NCBI GenBank assembly: GCA_020348445.1
Contig: CP070751.1
Location: 5,049,187-5,113,186, forward strand
Origin: Thermoplasmata archaeon
Lineage (GTDB): Archaea; Thermoplasmatota; Thermoplasmata; GCA-020350865
DNA length: 64,000 bases
Direction of reading: 5' to 3'
Shown: positions 37,411-47,819 of the stretch, piece after piece
Position numbering within the stretch: position 1 is the first letter of the stretch
How the letters are laid out: each line of letters starts with the position of its first letter
Made by a program: the position numbers and the translations under genes
Notes under the pieces: generated by a model
The model's database searches: none
Told to the model about the DNA's origin: nothing
Seen by the model: the letters and a program-made list of their open reading frames with translations, nothing else

Positions 37411-38709
37411 AGAAAAGCCGTAGCATATTTGATAGTGTTTGCCTTGGCTGCAATGGTATTGGCCACAGTTCCTATGTCCACTTCTGCTGGGTATGTTGGG
37501 GATGTTACGATCCTTAAGAATGGAAAAGTGGATCCGGCAAATGCGCCTATTTACGTTTCAGGATCCATATATACAATGACGGATGATATCACAGGGACCA
37601 TAACCATCGAAAAGTCCGGAATCACACTGGATGGTGCAGGTTTCACAGTAGGAGGTTCGGGAACAGGCAATGGAATATATCTTGAAGATGTGAACGGAGT
37701 AACCCTCATGAACCTGAATATCCATGGATTTTTGGATGGAATCATGATGATATCTTCCAACCACAATACAATAAAACAAAATACAGTGTCGCAATGTGTT
37801 GATGATTGTATTGATCTGAAAGGCAGCGATGGCAACACTATCAAAGAAAACATGATAACAAACAGTGGCCAAGTTAATATTGGCGATACCACCGATGAAT
37901 TATATGCAAATGGTATATTCCTTGAAGATTGTGATGATAACACCATAAAGGAAAATACAGTTTCCTATATCATAGATGACGCAATCTATCTGATATATTC
38001 AAGCGATAACACGGTAAAAACGAACATAGTTACAGATAGTACCTGGGGTATTGTCGCAGAAATGTCAAGCCATAACAATATAATAAAGGAAAACACAGTT
38101 ACAGATATGAGCTCAAATAGCATTGTCGTAGCCCTTAATTGTTTTAACAACAATATATGCCATAATGTAGTCTCCAATGCTGTATGGGGTGGTATTGCGG
38201 TAGCTAGCAATGCCAACAACAATATGGTAAAGGAGAACACCCTTTACAACACGAGAATTGGTGTTATGGTTTTCATGTCCAGTGGAAATTGCATTTGGGC
38301 CAATTCGGTTTCTGGTTGTATTTGGGAGGGAATCCGACTGCAATTTTCAAACGGAAACACGATTAAGGGAAACACATTGGAGCACAACTATCGAGGTATC
38401 CTGCTTATCAGGAATCCAGCAGGTGGAAGTAACCTTATAAAAGAGAATTCTATAAGGGAAAATGATGTTGGGATGATCCTCAGTTATAATTCATACGACA
38501 ATGTTGTTTACCACAACAATTTTGTGGCAAATGGAAACCAAGCAATTGACAATGGCATAGGAAATTGTTGGGACAATGGCGCTGAGGGCAACTACTGGAG
38601 CGATTATTCAGGGATGGATATGGATGATGACGGAATTGGGGATACCCCTTACTATATCAATGGTGTGGCAGGTTCCGCAGATAATTATCCATTAATGAAT
38701 CCTTGGTAG
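37408..38709 (+). CDS. Secreted NosD-like beta-helix protein (copy 2)
   Basis: Paralog of 28204-29433; GNYWSDYSGMDMDDDGIGDTPY...DNYPLMNPW. Confidence 0.88.
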   Translation: MRKAVAYLIVFALAAMVLATVPMSTSAGYVGDVTILKNGKVDPANAPIYVSGSIYTMTDDITGTITIEKSGITLDGAGFTVGGSGTGNGIYLEDVNGVTLMNLNIHGFLDGIMMISSNHNTIKQNTVSQCVDDCIDLKGSDGNTIKENMITNSGQVNIGDTTDELYANGIFLEDCDDNTIKENTVSYIIDDAIYLIYSSDNTVKTNIVTDSTWGIVAEMSSHNNIIKENTVTDMSSNSIVVALNCFNNNICHNVVSNAVWGGIAVASNANNNMVKENTLYNTRIGVMVFMSSGNCIWANSVSGCIWEGIRLQFSNGNTIKGNTLEHNYRGILLIRNPAGGSNLIKENSIRENDVGMILSYNSYDNVVYHNNFVANGNQAIDNGIGNCWDNGAEGNYWSDYSGMDMDDDGIGDTPYYINGVAGSADNYPLMNPW

Positions 38710-38852
38710 TGGCAGATAAATCATCAAGCTTAAATGCGAAACTCAAACCTTCTTCCTTATTTTTATAATTTTTATCTTCGTATTTTATATATCCTTCTTT
38801 TAACAATAAAAATTAAGTTAAATGATTCAGTTTCGGGAATGGAGATAAGATC

Positions 38853-39641
38853 ATGGAAATAGTGGACCTTTCAGAGGAACACGAACAATTGTACTTCCTC
38901 TGCCTCGAAGATTGGTCAGATGAAATCAAAGAAGCAGGAGAACACAAAAAGCTCTGGTACAACAGAATGAAGGACAAGGGTCTTCGGGTAAAGCTCGCCA
39001 CGGACGACAAGGGTGAGATCGGAGGGATGATACAATACCTACCCATCGAGGAATCCTTTGTTGAAGGCAAGGACCTTCTTTTTATAAACTGCATATGGGT
39101 GCACGGATACAAACAGGGAAGGGGGAACTTCCAGAAGAAGGGAATGGGCAAGGCTCTAATAAAAGCAGCCGAAGAAGATGCTAAAGAGCAAGGTGCCAAG
39201 GGAATCGTGGCCTGGGGTGTTTCCCTGCCTTTCTGGATGAAGGCCTCGTGGTTCAAAAAACAAGGGTACGAAAGAGTGGACAAGATGGACATCTCGATTC
39301 TTCTATGGAAACCTTTTTCTAATGATGCTGAGCCTCCAAAGTGGATCAAGGTAAAGAAAAAACCCAAGAAACTCCCTGGCAAGGTGACTGTGTATGGCTT
39401 CATAAATGGATGGTGCCCTGCACAGAATTTGGTATTTGAAAGGGCAAAGCGGGCAGCCTCCGAATTTCCAGACAAGGTGGAATTCATTAGGATAGACACC
39501 TCAAACAGAGATGTCTTTTTGGCCTGGGGAATGGTTGATGCACTGTTCATTGACGACGTCCAGATAACAACTGGTCCGCCTCCGTCCTACAAGAAGATAA
39601 GAAAAATAATCAAGAAAAAGGTGAAGAGACTAAAGAAATAA
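38853..39641 (+). CDS. GNAT-family N-acetyltransferase with a C-terminal YoaP/thioredoxin-like domain
   Basis: GMIQYLPIE, INCIWV...GNFQKKGMGKALIKAA acetyl-CoA motif, INGWCPAQ, ALFIDD..ITTGPP. Confidence 0.85.
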   Translation: MEIVDLSEEHEQLYFLCLEDWSDEIKEAGEHKKLWYNRMKDKGLRVKLATDDKGEIGGMIQYLPIEESFVEGKDLLFINCIWVHGYKQGRGNFQKKGMGKALIKAAEEDAKEQGAKGIVAWGVSLPFWMKASWFKKQGYERVDKMDISILLWKPFSNDAEPPKWIKVKKKPKKLPGKVTVYGFINGWCPAQNLVFERAKRAASEFPDKVEFIRIDTSNRDVFLAWGMVDALFIDDVQITTGPPPSYKKIRKIIKKKVKRLKK

Positions 39642-39666
39642 ATATGATGCTAAAATAATGTGATCA

Positions 39667-42021
39667 TTATTTGGATACGTCCTTCACTTTTGCCCTATTC
39701 TCCTTTTCCACCCTCCCAATCTTCTTAATCTTCTTTACGAACATATCGATCATCTTGGGCATGACCTTGAACGTGGGAAGCAACATGGGCATGAACTGCA
39801 GCCTGTCCTTTTCTATCCCCAGTTCCTCCATCTTACTCCCGTACTCTTCGAGTCTCTTTTCAATTACCTCAGAAAGCTCCCCCCCTTCCTCATCAGACAA
39901 CAATATACCATCTGCGCCTTTTGAAAATGCGAACATAATATGTGCAATACTTATTCGTGCCGCAGAAGGCACCCTGATTATACGAATCTCGGGTGAATAG
40001 GACATCCTGGCCGTACCTGTAGAGTCTGCAGCCGTGTACGAGAGCCTGTCACCAAAGAATCCAAGTATCACTGGCTCTTTTTCTTCCTCCTTGTCCGCTA
40101 GAATGCCAGATATCTCGGCTAAAATCTGGGAATCTTTGTAATGATGCATGTCCAATGCATTATCATCGCATTCAGGAATACAGGCACCGCAGCCTGTGCA
40201 TGCAAAGGAGTCAAGAATGATCTCGGGCTCTATTGATATTGCAGAAACAGGGCATACAGGTACACATTTTCCGCATTTGGTACAGTTCTCTGGGATGATA
40301 AAGGCCTTTATCGGGTCCATCACCATCATGCCGTCACCAATAAACTCAATTGCCTTGGCTGCTGCACTGTTTGCATCTGTTACACATTCATGAATATCCT
40401 TGGGACCCAAAGCGCAGCCTGCAGAAAATATACCCACATGATGCGTGCTAACTGGATCCAGCTTGGGATGTTTTTCTGCAATAAAACCATCAGGACCAAG
40501 GGGGATTTTCAGAATCTTTGCCAAATTTTCGCTGTCCTTGGCAGGAAGTAAGGCAGGGCACAGAACCACCATATCAAATTCATTGTCAAAAATCTCACCT
40601 GCTGCCACATCCTCAGCCCGAACCACAAGGCCATTTTCTGAGGGGACAACCTCTGCACCTCGACTTTTTACAAAATTTACCTTGTACTCATCCTGGGCCC
40701 TCAAGTAGAACTCCTCGCAACCCCTGGTAGAAGCGCGGATATCAAGGTAGTACACCCATACTTCCATGTATCTAAAATATTCCCGTAATTGAACAGAGTG
40801 CTTGATTGCATATGTACAACCTACCTTGCAACAGTGGGCAACTCCCTTATTCACATCCCTTGAGCCAACACAAAGAAGATAACCGATCTTCTTCACCCTT
40901 TTTCCATCACTCAACCTCTTCAGCACCTTTCCCTCTGCCGCTTCATTGATAAACAATCTCTCCATTTGCATGGCAGATATGACATCTGGATGCTCAAAAT
41001 TGTACTCGGCTAGAGACATGGAATCAAATAGCTCAAATCCTGTGGCTGTGATAATTACCCCCACATCCAGCTCCAGTATCTTTTGCTCATCCTCTAAATT
41101 CACAGCAGCAACAGGGCATGCATCCACACAAGCTCCACACTCAGTACAGTTTTCAAAGTCTATGACATAAGAGGGCGGGACAGCCTGGGGAAATGGTTTG
41201 TAAATCGCTTTTCTCTGATACAGACCCTCATCAAACTCATGCACTACCTCAACAGGACATCCTTCAGAGCATTCACCGCAACACAGGCAAAGCTCTGTAT
41301 CCACACCCCTTGGTTTTTGGGTTATCTTGACGTTAAAATTACCTGGTGAACCTTCAACCCCTACAACCTCTGAACAAGTGAGTAGGGTGATATTTGGTTG
41401 AATGCTTAAGTCCGCCATTTTCGGAGCCAGGATGCAAGGCGAGCAGTCAAGTGTGGGATAGGTTTTACTGAGCTGTGCCATGTGACCACCTATTGAGGGA
41501 TTTCTTTCCAATAAAGTCACATGGTATCCGCTTTGGGCAAGCTGCAATGAAGAGGTAATACCGGCGATCCCACCGCCTATTACCAGCACATTCTTATTGA
41601 TATCCACTTTCTTGGATTCCAATGCTTCCAACTCCCTTGCCCGAAGAACTCCTGCGCGAACCAGATCAAGTGCTTTTTGCGTACCCAGTTGTTTGTCATC
41701 GTGAATCCATGAGCACTGCTCCCTTAGATTCACTTGAACAACAAGATACGGATTTAGACCTGCCTCCTCTGCAACATTCTTAAAAAGAATCTCGTGCATA
41801 TGTGGGGAGCATGCAGAAACAACCATCCCATCAAGCTCTTTTTCCTTGATTGCATTTTTTATTGACTCCAGATTCAGCTTAGAGCAAGTGAACTGTGTAA
41901 CTTCAACAAATGCAACACCCTCGATATTTTTCACTTTTTCTCCAAGTGATTCCACATCCACGGTTTTTGAGATGTTGCCACCGCAGCCGCATATGAACAC
42001 ACCTATTTTTTTTTCCGGCAT
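39667..42021 (-). CDS. hdrA: Heterodisulfide reductase subunit A-like flavoprotein with a fused C-terminal MvhD-like domain
   Basis: GVFICGCG, SACSP, NLREQCSW, VIGGGIAG, KTYPTLDCSPCIL, CVGSRD..CCKVGC, four CxxCxxCxxxC(P) ferredoxin motifs; tail YTAADSTG..RIIRVPSAARI..AFSKGADG. Confidence 0.92.
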   Translation of the reverse strand: MPEKKIGVFICGCGGNISKTVDVESLGEKVKNIEGVAFVEVTQFTCSKLNLESIKNAIKEKELDGMVVSACSPHMHEILFKNVAEEAGLNPYLVVQVNLREQCSWIHDDKQLGTQKALDLVRAGVLRARELEALESKKVDINKNVLVIGGGIAGITSSLQLAQSGYHVTLLERNPSIGGHMAQLSKTYPTLDCSPCILAPKMADLSIQPNITLLTCSEVVGVEGSPGNFNVKITQKPRGVDTELCLCCGECSEGCPVEVVHEFDEGLYQRKAIYKPFPQAVPPSYVIDFENCTECGACVDACPVAAVNLEDEQKILELDVGVIITATGFELFDSMSLAEYNFEHPDVISAMQMERLFINEAAEGKVLKRLSDGKRVKKIGYLLCVGSRDVNKGVAHCCKVGCTYAIKHSVQLREYFRYMEVWVYYLDIRASTRGCEEFYLRAQDEYKVNFVKSRGAEVVPSENGLVVRAEDVAAGEIFDNEFDMVVLCPALLPAKDSENLAKILKIPLGPDGFIAEKHPKLDPVSTHHVGIFSAGCALGPKDIHECVTDANSAAAKAIEFIGDGMMVMDPIKAFIIPENCTKCGKCVPVCPVSAISIEPEIILDSFACTGCGACIPECDDNALDMHHYKDSQILAEISGILADKEEEKEPVILGFFGDRLSYTAADSTGTARMSYSPEIRIIRVPSAARISIAHIMFAFSKGADGILLSDEEGGELSEVIEKRLEEYGSKMEELGIEKDRLQFMPMLLPTFKVMPKMIDMFVKKIKKIGRVEKENRAKVKDVSK

Positions 42022-42043
42022 ATTATCCCTTCCTGGGAAATAT

Positions 42044-45000
42044 TCACACCTTACTAGGGGTATCTTGAGGCTCCATTTCCATCATAAATCTTGGTAATAT
42101 CTCGGCGACCTCGTAATCCTTGCCTTTCTCCATTTTTCCTTCGACATCCTTTGCTTTTTCAGGCGAAATAAGAGAGATATTTATCCTTCCTCCTTCCTCT
42201 GAATATTTCTTGTCTATTATGGCCAATCCATGTTGTAGGCCCTCCACAAGAACGCAGCTTGTCACTGTCCCAATTTCCTTTTCCTCCAAATTGTATACAG
42301 GGTAGCCTGGTCTTATTGCACGGATGCCCCGAGATTCCATCCTGTACCTTACAATTGATCTATTCCACCCAAGGAACCTTGAAAACTGTCCTTCCCTGCC
42401 TATGAAAAAAGGCTTGTGAAACTTCACAAAGGAGCCGTACCCTGCTTCAATGGGGTCTATGTCATGATCCCCGGCAAGCTCATGACCGTACAACGGAAAT
42501 CCTGCCTCAGTTCTTGTTGAATCCCTTGCTCCGAGACCACAGGGCTTGATTCCAAAAGGCTCGCCTTTTTCCAAAAGAAGATTCCAAATATTCGGGGCAT
42601 CGTCTGGATGAAGATAAAGCTCAAATCCGATCTCTTCACCCGTGTAACCAGTTCTTGAAATCATAACATCAATTCCTTGTAGCTTTGCAAAAATAAATTC
42701 CAATTTTTTTAGCCTGGCCAATTCTAAGCCCGTGGAATCATCAGCACATTCTTGAAGGATTTTTAGGGAATTGGGACCCTGGAGGCTGAGGTCGATTTTT
42801 CTATCGGGTCCACAGGATTCGTCCTTTAAATCACGAATAGTTAAAGAACCCTCGATCTCTATCTCTGGATTGTTATTATCAATCATATATTGTTTTGTAG
42901 CTACAGCCTCAAGCCAGGCCTTGATCTTGTCCATGTTCACAGCATTTACCACCATCATGTATTTCTCATAATCCAGACGATAGATAAAGACATCATCAAG
43001 GACATTACCCCCAGGATCAAGAATATATGAATAATGGGACTGTCCAGGTCTTAGCCAGGGAACGTAGTTAGTCGTCACAAAATCCAAAAACCGAGTGGCG
43101 TGCTCCCCCGAAAATTCCAAAATACCCATATGGGAGACATCGAACAATCCAGCTGTTTCCCTGACTGCCTCATGCTCATCACTTGTCTTGGTGTACCAAA
43201 GCGGCATTTCCCAGCCAGCGAAGGACGCCATCTTCTTTGTAAGTTTTATATGTTCATCATTTAGGCAACTTTTTTTAAGGGATTTTTCTTCAGGAACATA
43301 ATCGTATTTCTTTTTAATGGAGTCTTTCTTTTGTATTCCTTTTACTATCTGTTTTTGGCCAACAAAGTACGACTTGTTCAAATCAAAGAATGATTCATGG
43401 TTCTGATAAAGGGTAATCCCATCTGATTTCTGCATTTCATCAAGATTTGGCAGCCCTGATTCTTTTTGTATTCTTTGCCTAGCATTTAATCCAGCGGCTT
43501 TGATTCCCAAAGCCTTCCCAGTAAGTAATATTTTATCCCAGATTTTTTGTACACTGGATGGGGAAATAAACATATCATATCCTAAAAAGTCTCCATGAGA
43601 CTCGCATGAGACTAATATATCGACATCATCTATCTTTCCCTTTGAAAAGTATGAAGGTTCAAGAGACCCCACCTCAGGAACCAACTTAGTCATTATCTCT
43701 TTAGCCATCGGGCCTATCAGAGCCAAGGCAGTCATTTGATTCTTATCTTCCACCTCCTTCAAGTCCCTAACCACGCAGGGACCCTCCACCTTCATAAAAA
43801 CGTCATCATCAAAAAGGACGTAACCATCTGAAAGAGCGCGTAACCAGGTTTTGATCCTCTCACAACTTGCTGAGCTTGTTACAAGAATGCACCTGCTTCT
43901 TTCCTTTCTATCATGCTCCATCCTGAGAATATGAACATCACCCATGGGCTTAGAATCCTTATACAGGAAGAAACCCCAGGCTCCCATGCCAGGTGGAAGG
44001 CTGCCTACATCCTTTGTTACAGTCTGCTGCAAAAAGGGCATCACCCGATCTGTATCTCCAGATATCTCGAGAATCCCCAGATCCCACATGTCAAATAAAG
44101 CAGCACCCTCCTTTGCTGCCAAAAATTCAGATTCAGAATCTCCATAATGTATGGGAACAACAGGACCACTTGTATCCTCAAACTTCCCATTTAACAACTC
44201 ATGTTGAGCTTTCAGAGGAGTATCCTTGGCTTTCATCTCATCAATTGAGTAATAATGGGGATACCCACTTGACAAACTCACCTTATCCCTGGCAAGGCTC
44301 TTTTCCAGCTCTGCAACCTCGGCTTTAATCTCTTCCATTAGATCGAAATCGATTTTTCCACGGCCAGTTTCTCTCACACCGCCAAGATAATAAAATGGAT
44401 GTATGTTGGTTAAAACCTTGTGAACCAGATATGCTATCTTCTCCATCTCCTTTTTACCCATACCTCTTTGGGTTGCCCATGTGGTTCCAAGTCTTATTGC
44501 AGAGGGATGCACAGGATTTTCATCACCTACAATGGCGTTCTTGTTGCACGTAAGACCGCACAGATCAAGTATCCTGGATACGGCCTCACCACTCATCTGA
44601 TAACCTGTCTTAGATTTTATGCCCTTTAGGTCAATTAAAACCATATGAGTATTTGTGCCCCCGTAGGCAAGTTTAAGACCCAGGGCTTCAAGGGACTTGC
44701 CAAGATGCTCTGCATTCTTAACTATTTGTTTGGATAGCTCCTTGAACTCTTGCGTCTGCGCTATCTTGAAACAAACGGCCTTAGCAGCTATATTGCAGAT
44801 GTGTGGCCCCCCCTGCTCACCTGGAAACACGGCAGTTTCAATTAACCTTGCCTTTTCCTCGTCAGTTGTTATAATCACAGCACCTCTTGGACCGCACATG
44901 GTCTTGTGGGTTGTAAATGCCGCAATGTCGGCGATTCCCACGGGATTGGAAACAACGCATGCAGAAACCAAGCCTGCAGTATGTGCAATATCAGCATGCA

Positions 45001-45721
45001 GTATGCAACCTCCTTCAACTGAATCTGCAATGTCCCTCATTTTTTTCCAGTCAATATCCCAGGGATATGCACTGTATCCTGCTATAATCATCTTGGGTTG
45101 ATGCTCCTTGGCAAGTATTTTAATTGCCTCATAATCAAGCCTTCCAGTGGACAAGTTTACAGTGTAGGGGATGATATTGTAGAACTTGCCCGAACGGTTG
45201 GCTTCGCTTCCATGCGTGAGATGACCACCAGAATCCAGAGCCATACCCATTACCGTGTCTCCAGGCTCCAAGAAAGCCTCGTACACAGCGTTGTTTGCAG
45301 CTGCACCAGACAGGGGCTGGACGTTGACAAAAATCCTCTCTACAGAAACCTCCTTTGATACAAAGAGCTCTGCACAGCGTTTCTGAGCCAGGGCTTCAAT
45401 AAAATTAACATAATCAACGCCTTTGTAGTACCTCCTGTCAGCGTATCTTCTCTGAAATGTAAGCTGCCTGTCAAAATCCAGAAGCTCGTCTCTTTCGTCG
45501 CGGATGTACCTCATATGTGGATAACCCTCAGCATAAAGGTTGGTAAAAACAGAGGCCAGAGCTTCCTTAACAGGCGCAGGGCATATACTCTCAGATGCTA
45601 TGAGCATTATCTTTCTGGCTTGCCTTTCCTCTTCTAGGTTGATCAGGTAGTCGGTCTCGGGATCCACTGTTGACAGCTCATCTTCAAAGAAGAAATTAGA
45701 AGGCGCTTTTGAATTGGTCAT
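42044..45721 (-). CDS. glyA-gcvT: Fusion of serine hydroxymethyltransferase with two glycine-cleavage T-protein-like domains
   Basis: SHMT: YAEGYP, NVQPLSG, GGHLTHG, TTHKTMCGPRG. Last domain is an intact GcvT: FAGWEMP, FDVSHMG, SRTGYTGE, GLGARDSTRTEAG. The middle domain is GcvT-like but degenerate. ATG 45721 follows GGGGTG. Confidence 0.9.
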   Translation of the reverse strand: MTNSKAPSNFFFEDELSTVDPETDYLINLEEERQARKIMLIASESICPAPVKEALASVFTNLYAEGYPHMRYIRDERDELLDFDRQLTFQRRYADRRYYKGVDYVNFIEALAQKRCAELFVSKEVSVERIFVNVQPLSGAAANNAVYEAFLEPGDTVMGMALDSGGHLTHGSEANRSGKFYNIIPYTVNLSTGRLDYEAIKILAKEHQPKMIIAGYSAYPWDIDWKKMRDIADSVEGGCILHADIAHTAGLVSACVVSNPVGIADIAAFTTHKTMCGPRGAVIITTDEEKARLIETAVFPGEQGGPHICNIAAKAVCFKIAQTQEFKELSKQIVKNAEHLGKSLEALGLKLAYGGTNTHMVLIDLKGIKSKTGYQMSGEAVSRILDLCGLTCNKNAIVGDENPVHPSAIRLGTTWATQRGMGKKEMEKIAYLVHKVLTNIHPFYYLGGVRETGRGKIDFDLMEEIKAEVAELEKSLARDKVSLSSGYPHYYSIDEMKAKDTPLKAQHELLNGKFEDTSGPVVPIHYGDSESEFLAAKEGAALFDMWDLGILEISGDTDRVMPFLQQTVTKDVGSLPPGMGAWGFFLYKDSKPMGDVHILRMEHDRKERSRCILVTSSASCERIKTWLRALSDGYVLFDDDVFMKVEGPCVVRDLKEVEDKNQMTALALIGPMAKEIMTKLVPEVGSLEPSYFSKGKIDDVDILVSCESHGDFLGYDMFISPSSVQKIWDKILLTGKALGIKAAGLNARQRIQKESGLPNLDEMQKSDGITLYQNHESFFDLNKSYFVGQKQIVKGIQKKDSIKKKYDYVPEEKSLKKSCLNDEHIKLTKKMASFAGWEMPLWYTKTSDEHEAVRETAGLFDVSHMGILEFSGEHATRFLDFVTTNYVPWLRPGQSHYSYILDPGGNVLDDVFIYRLDYEKYMMVVNAVNMDKIKAWLEAVATKQYMIDNNNPEIEIEGSLTIRDLKDESCGPDRKIDLSLQGPNSLKILQECADDSTGLELARLKKLEFIFAKLQGIDVMISRTGYTGEEIGFELYLHPDDAPNIWNLLLEKGEPFGIKPCGLGARDSTRTEAGFPLYGHELAGDHDIDPIEAGYGSFVKFHKPFFIGREGQFSRFLGWNRSIVRYRMESRGIRAIRPGYPVYNLEEKEIGTVTSCVLVEGLQHGLAIIDKKYSEEGGRINISLISPEKAKDVEGKMEKGKDYEVAEILPRFMMEMEPQDTPSKV

Positions 45722-45887
45722 CACAACACCCCAATTATGCAAAATCTCAGGTGATTTTGCATTCGCCACCATACCAAATTCCAGGTACAAATAGTTTTTT
45801 ACAAAGACCTTGAGCATAGAAATTACAAAATCCTTTTAAGCAATAAAACAATCACACAAACCAAAGAATCCAAAGGTGGAAATGTAA

Positions 45888-46427
45888 TTGAAAATACTTA
45901 TTCATGTTTGCTGCGCTCCTTGCTTCACCTATCCCCACAAACGCCTGCGCAAAGAGAATCATGAGGTTGTGGGTTTCTTTTACAACCCAAATATTCATCC
46001 ATATACAGAATACAAGGCCAGGCTTCACGCCTTGCAAAGGTATACATCCTTAAAACCTGTTGAAATTATTTACAATAATGAATATCCCTTGAAGGAATTT
46101 GTAAGCGGTCAATTGAAAGCTATGGATGAAGGAAAAAAAAGATGTGAGTTCTGCATCAAAACGAGACTCAAAAAAACGGCCCAAACAGCCAAGGATAAAG
46201 GATTTGACGCCTTTACAACTACGCTTTTGGAATCCAAATACCAGCCACATGATTTGATAAGGGAAATAGGAGAGGACTGCGCTAAAGAATTTGATTGCGG
46301 TTTCTATTACGAGGATTTCAGGGTAGGATGGAAGGAATCGGTGAGCTTGTCAAAAGAATTAGAATTGTATAGACAAAAATATTGCGGATGCATATTCAGC
46401 GAGAAAGAAAGATATTTAGACAAATAA
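45888..46427 (+). CDS. queH: Epoxyqueuosine reductase QueH-like (DUF208) protein
   Basis: HVCCAPC, FYNPNIHP..EY..R, CEFC..RL, FTTTL, LYRQKYCGCIFS. Confidence 0.85.
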   Translation: MKILIHVCCAPCFTYPHKRLRKENHEVVGFFYNPNIHPYTEYKARLHALQRYTSLKPVEIIYNNEYPLKEFVSGQLKAMDEGKKRCEFCIKTRLKKTAQTAKDKGFDAFTTTLLESKYQPHDLIREIGEDCAKEFDCGFYYEDFRVGWKESVSLSKELELYRQKYCGCIFSEKERYLDK

Positions 46428-46503
46428 TTGTTTTTTAAAATATAGTAGAAAAAAAGATAGGCCAGGCTAGTAATTTGTAATCCTCATTCAGATATGAGAC
46501 AAT

Positions 46504-47097
46504 CTACTGTGTAAATGTCTCGCCCTTCTCGTAGGTATCCTTCAGATGCTTTATCAAGTTCTCCCTGTTTCGCCTGATATGGGACTCAAACCAAATCTTG
46601 ACCACATCCCCCAGAATCTTGTGCAACTTGTCAAAAGATAAGGAGTTTAAGGTGGAATCGTAAAGTACACGCTGAGTGAAAATTCTCTTCCATCCAGAGT
46701 ACTTGTAATAATGTTCTCCCTCGCAGTATTCGAATACCATCCGAAGATGTGTGGCTTTGGCTGTGTTGTAATACCAGGCTTTCAGCGAATCACCTACCCT
46801 GCCCTGATCCTGGGTTCTGTCTATGAGCTGAACTGTACTTACACCTGAAAAATTGAATTTTGGTTTGAACTTCCATGGTTCAGGGAAATCCTCGAATTGG
46901 GCAAACGCACTGTGTGAAGGCTCCATTGTAAAGTGCACACCCTCCTTGTTGAATCTTATCCAAATCCTCCAAAAGTCCTGGATCAATGTCTTGTTTATAT
47001 CCTCTTTTTGGGCGTTCTGCTCATCTACATCCAACAGAATTTCCTCTGTCCTTTTTTCCAATTCCTTATCGAGAGCTGCAAACCAATCATCTGCCAT
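46504..47097 (-). CDS. Hypothetical protein
   Basis: 197-aa ORF with GGAGGT SD and globular composition; no motif recognised. Confidence 0.75.
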   Translation of the reverse strand: MADDWFAALDKELEKRTEEILLDVDEQNAQKEDINKTLIQDFWRIWIRFNKEGVHFTMEPSHSAFAQFEDFPEPWKFKPKFNFSGVSTVQLIDRTQDQGRVGDSLKAWYYNTAKATHLRMVFEYCEGEHYYKYSGWKRIFTQRVLYDSTLNSLSFDKLHKILGDVVKIWFESHIRRNRENLIKHLKDTYEKGETFTQ

Positions 47098-47294
47098 GGT
47101 ATCACTTCGGGAGGTATATGAATTACAAATTTAAAAAGGTTGTTATCGAAAGGGCATACCCAAAATCTAATTTATCCATTTTTTACATTTTTTCAACATG
47201 ATTTGCCATTTCCTAGAATGAGAATAAATCTACCTAAAAGTATAAATATTATATCAACATTATACAATTGTATATAACATACATGGGAATTTCA

Positions 47295-47819
47295 ATGACA
47301 GTTGCAAACGAATTGATGGATAGTATCTTGGAATCAGATGATGCATTCAGGGTAACATTAAGAAGAATCCTAAAAACGGATTTGGGTATGAGCATTCCAG
47401 AGTTCAGTAAAGTCTCTGGTATTTCGCAAAGTACGATTTACAAGATAATATCTGAAAAAAGAGAGCCAAATCTAAGAACAATAAGACAGATAATCGAAGC
47501 AATAAGGAAAATCGAAGGCCTCAAGAAGGAGCCTTTCATAGCAATTATCGTGGCAAGGTCGGTTTTGAACAAGATAGAGGAAAGGAGGATGAAGATCGCA
47601 GGCAAGGAACTAACGATTCGGGAGTATCCTGCAAATTCCATGGAGGAAACCATAATCTCGGCAATTAAAGCGGAAAGGGATGGTGCCGTTGCTGTTGTTT
47701 GTGCGCCAATTGTGAGCACGACAATCGAAAAGGTTCTAAGAATTCCTGTTGCCACGATCATGCCAAAGGAAAGCATGAAAGAGGCCATAAAACTGGCTGC
47801 AAAAAAGACTGGGATTTAA
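47295..47819 (+). CDS. XRE-type HTH transcriptional regulator with a C-terminal ligand-binding (PrpR-N-like) domain
   Basis: LGMSIPEFSKVSGISQSTIYKII..REPNLRT; AERDGAVAVVCAPI. Start is uncertain (47268 or 47295). Confidence 0.8.
   Translation: MTVANELMDSILESDDAFRVTLRRILKTDLGMSIPEFSKVSGISQSTIYKIISEKREPNLRTIRQIIEAIRKIEGLKKEPFIAIIVARSVLNKIEERRMKIAGKELTIREYPANSMEETIISAIKAERDGAVAVVCAPIVSTTIEKVLRIPVATIMPKESMKEAIKLAAKKTGI

Noticed and set aside
24315-39641. Integrated mobile element or provirus
   Set aside because: No integrase, transposase, replication or capsid genes and no flanking att pair around the region.
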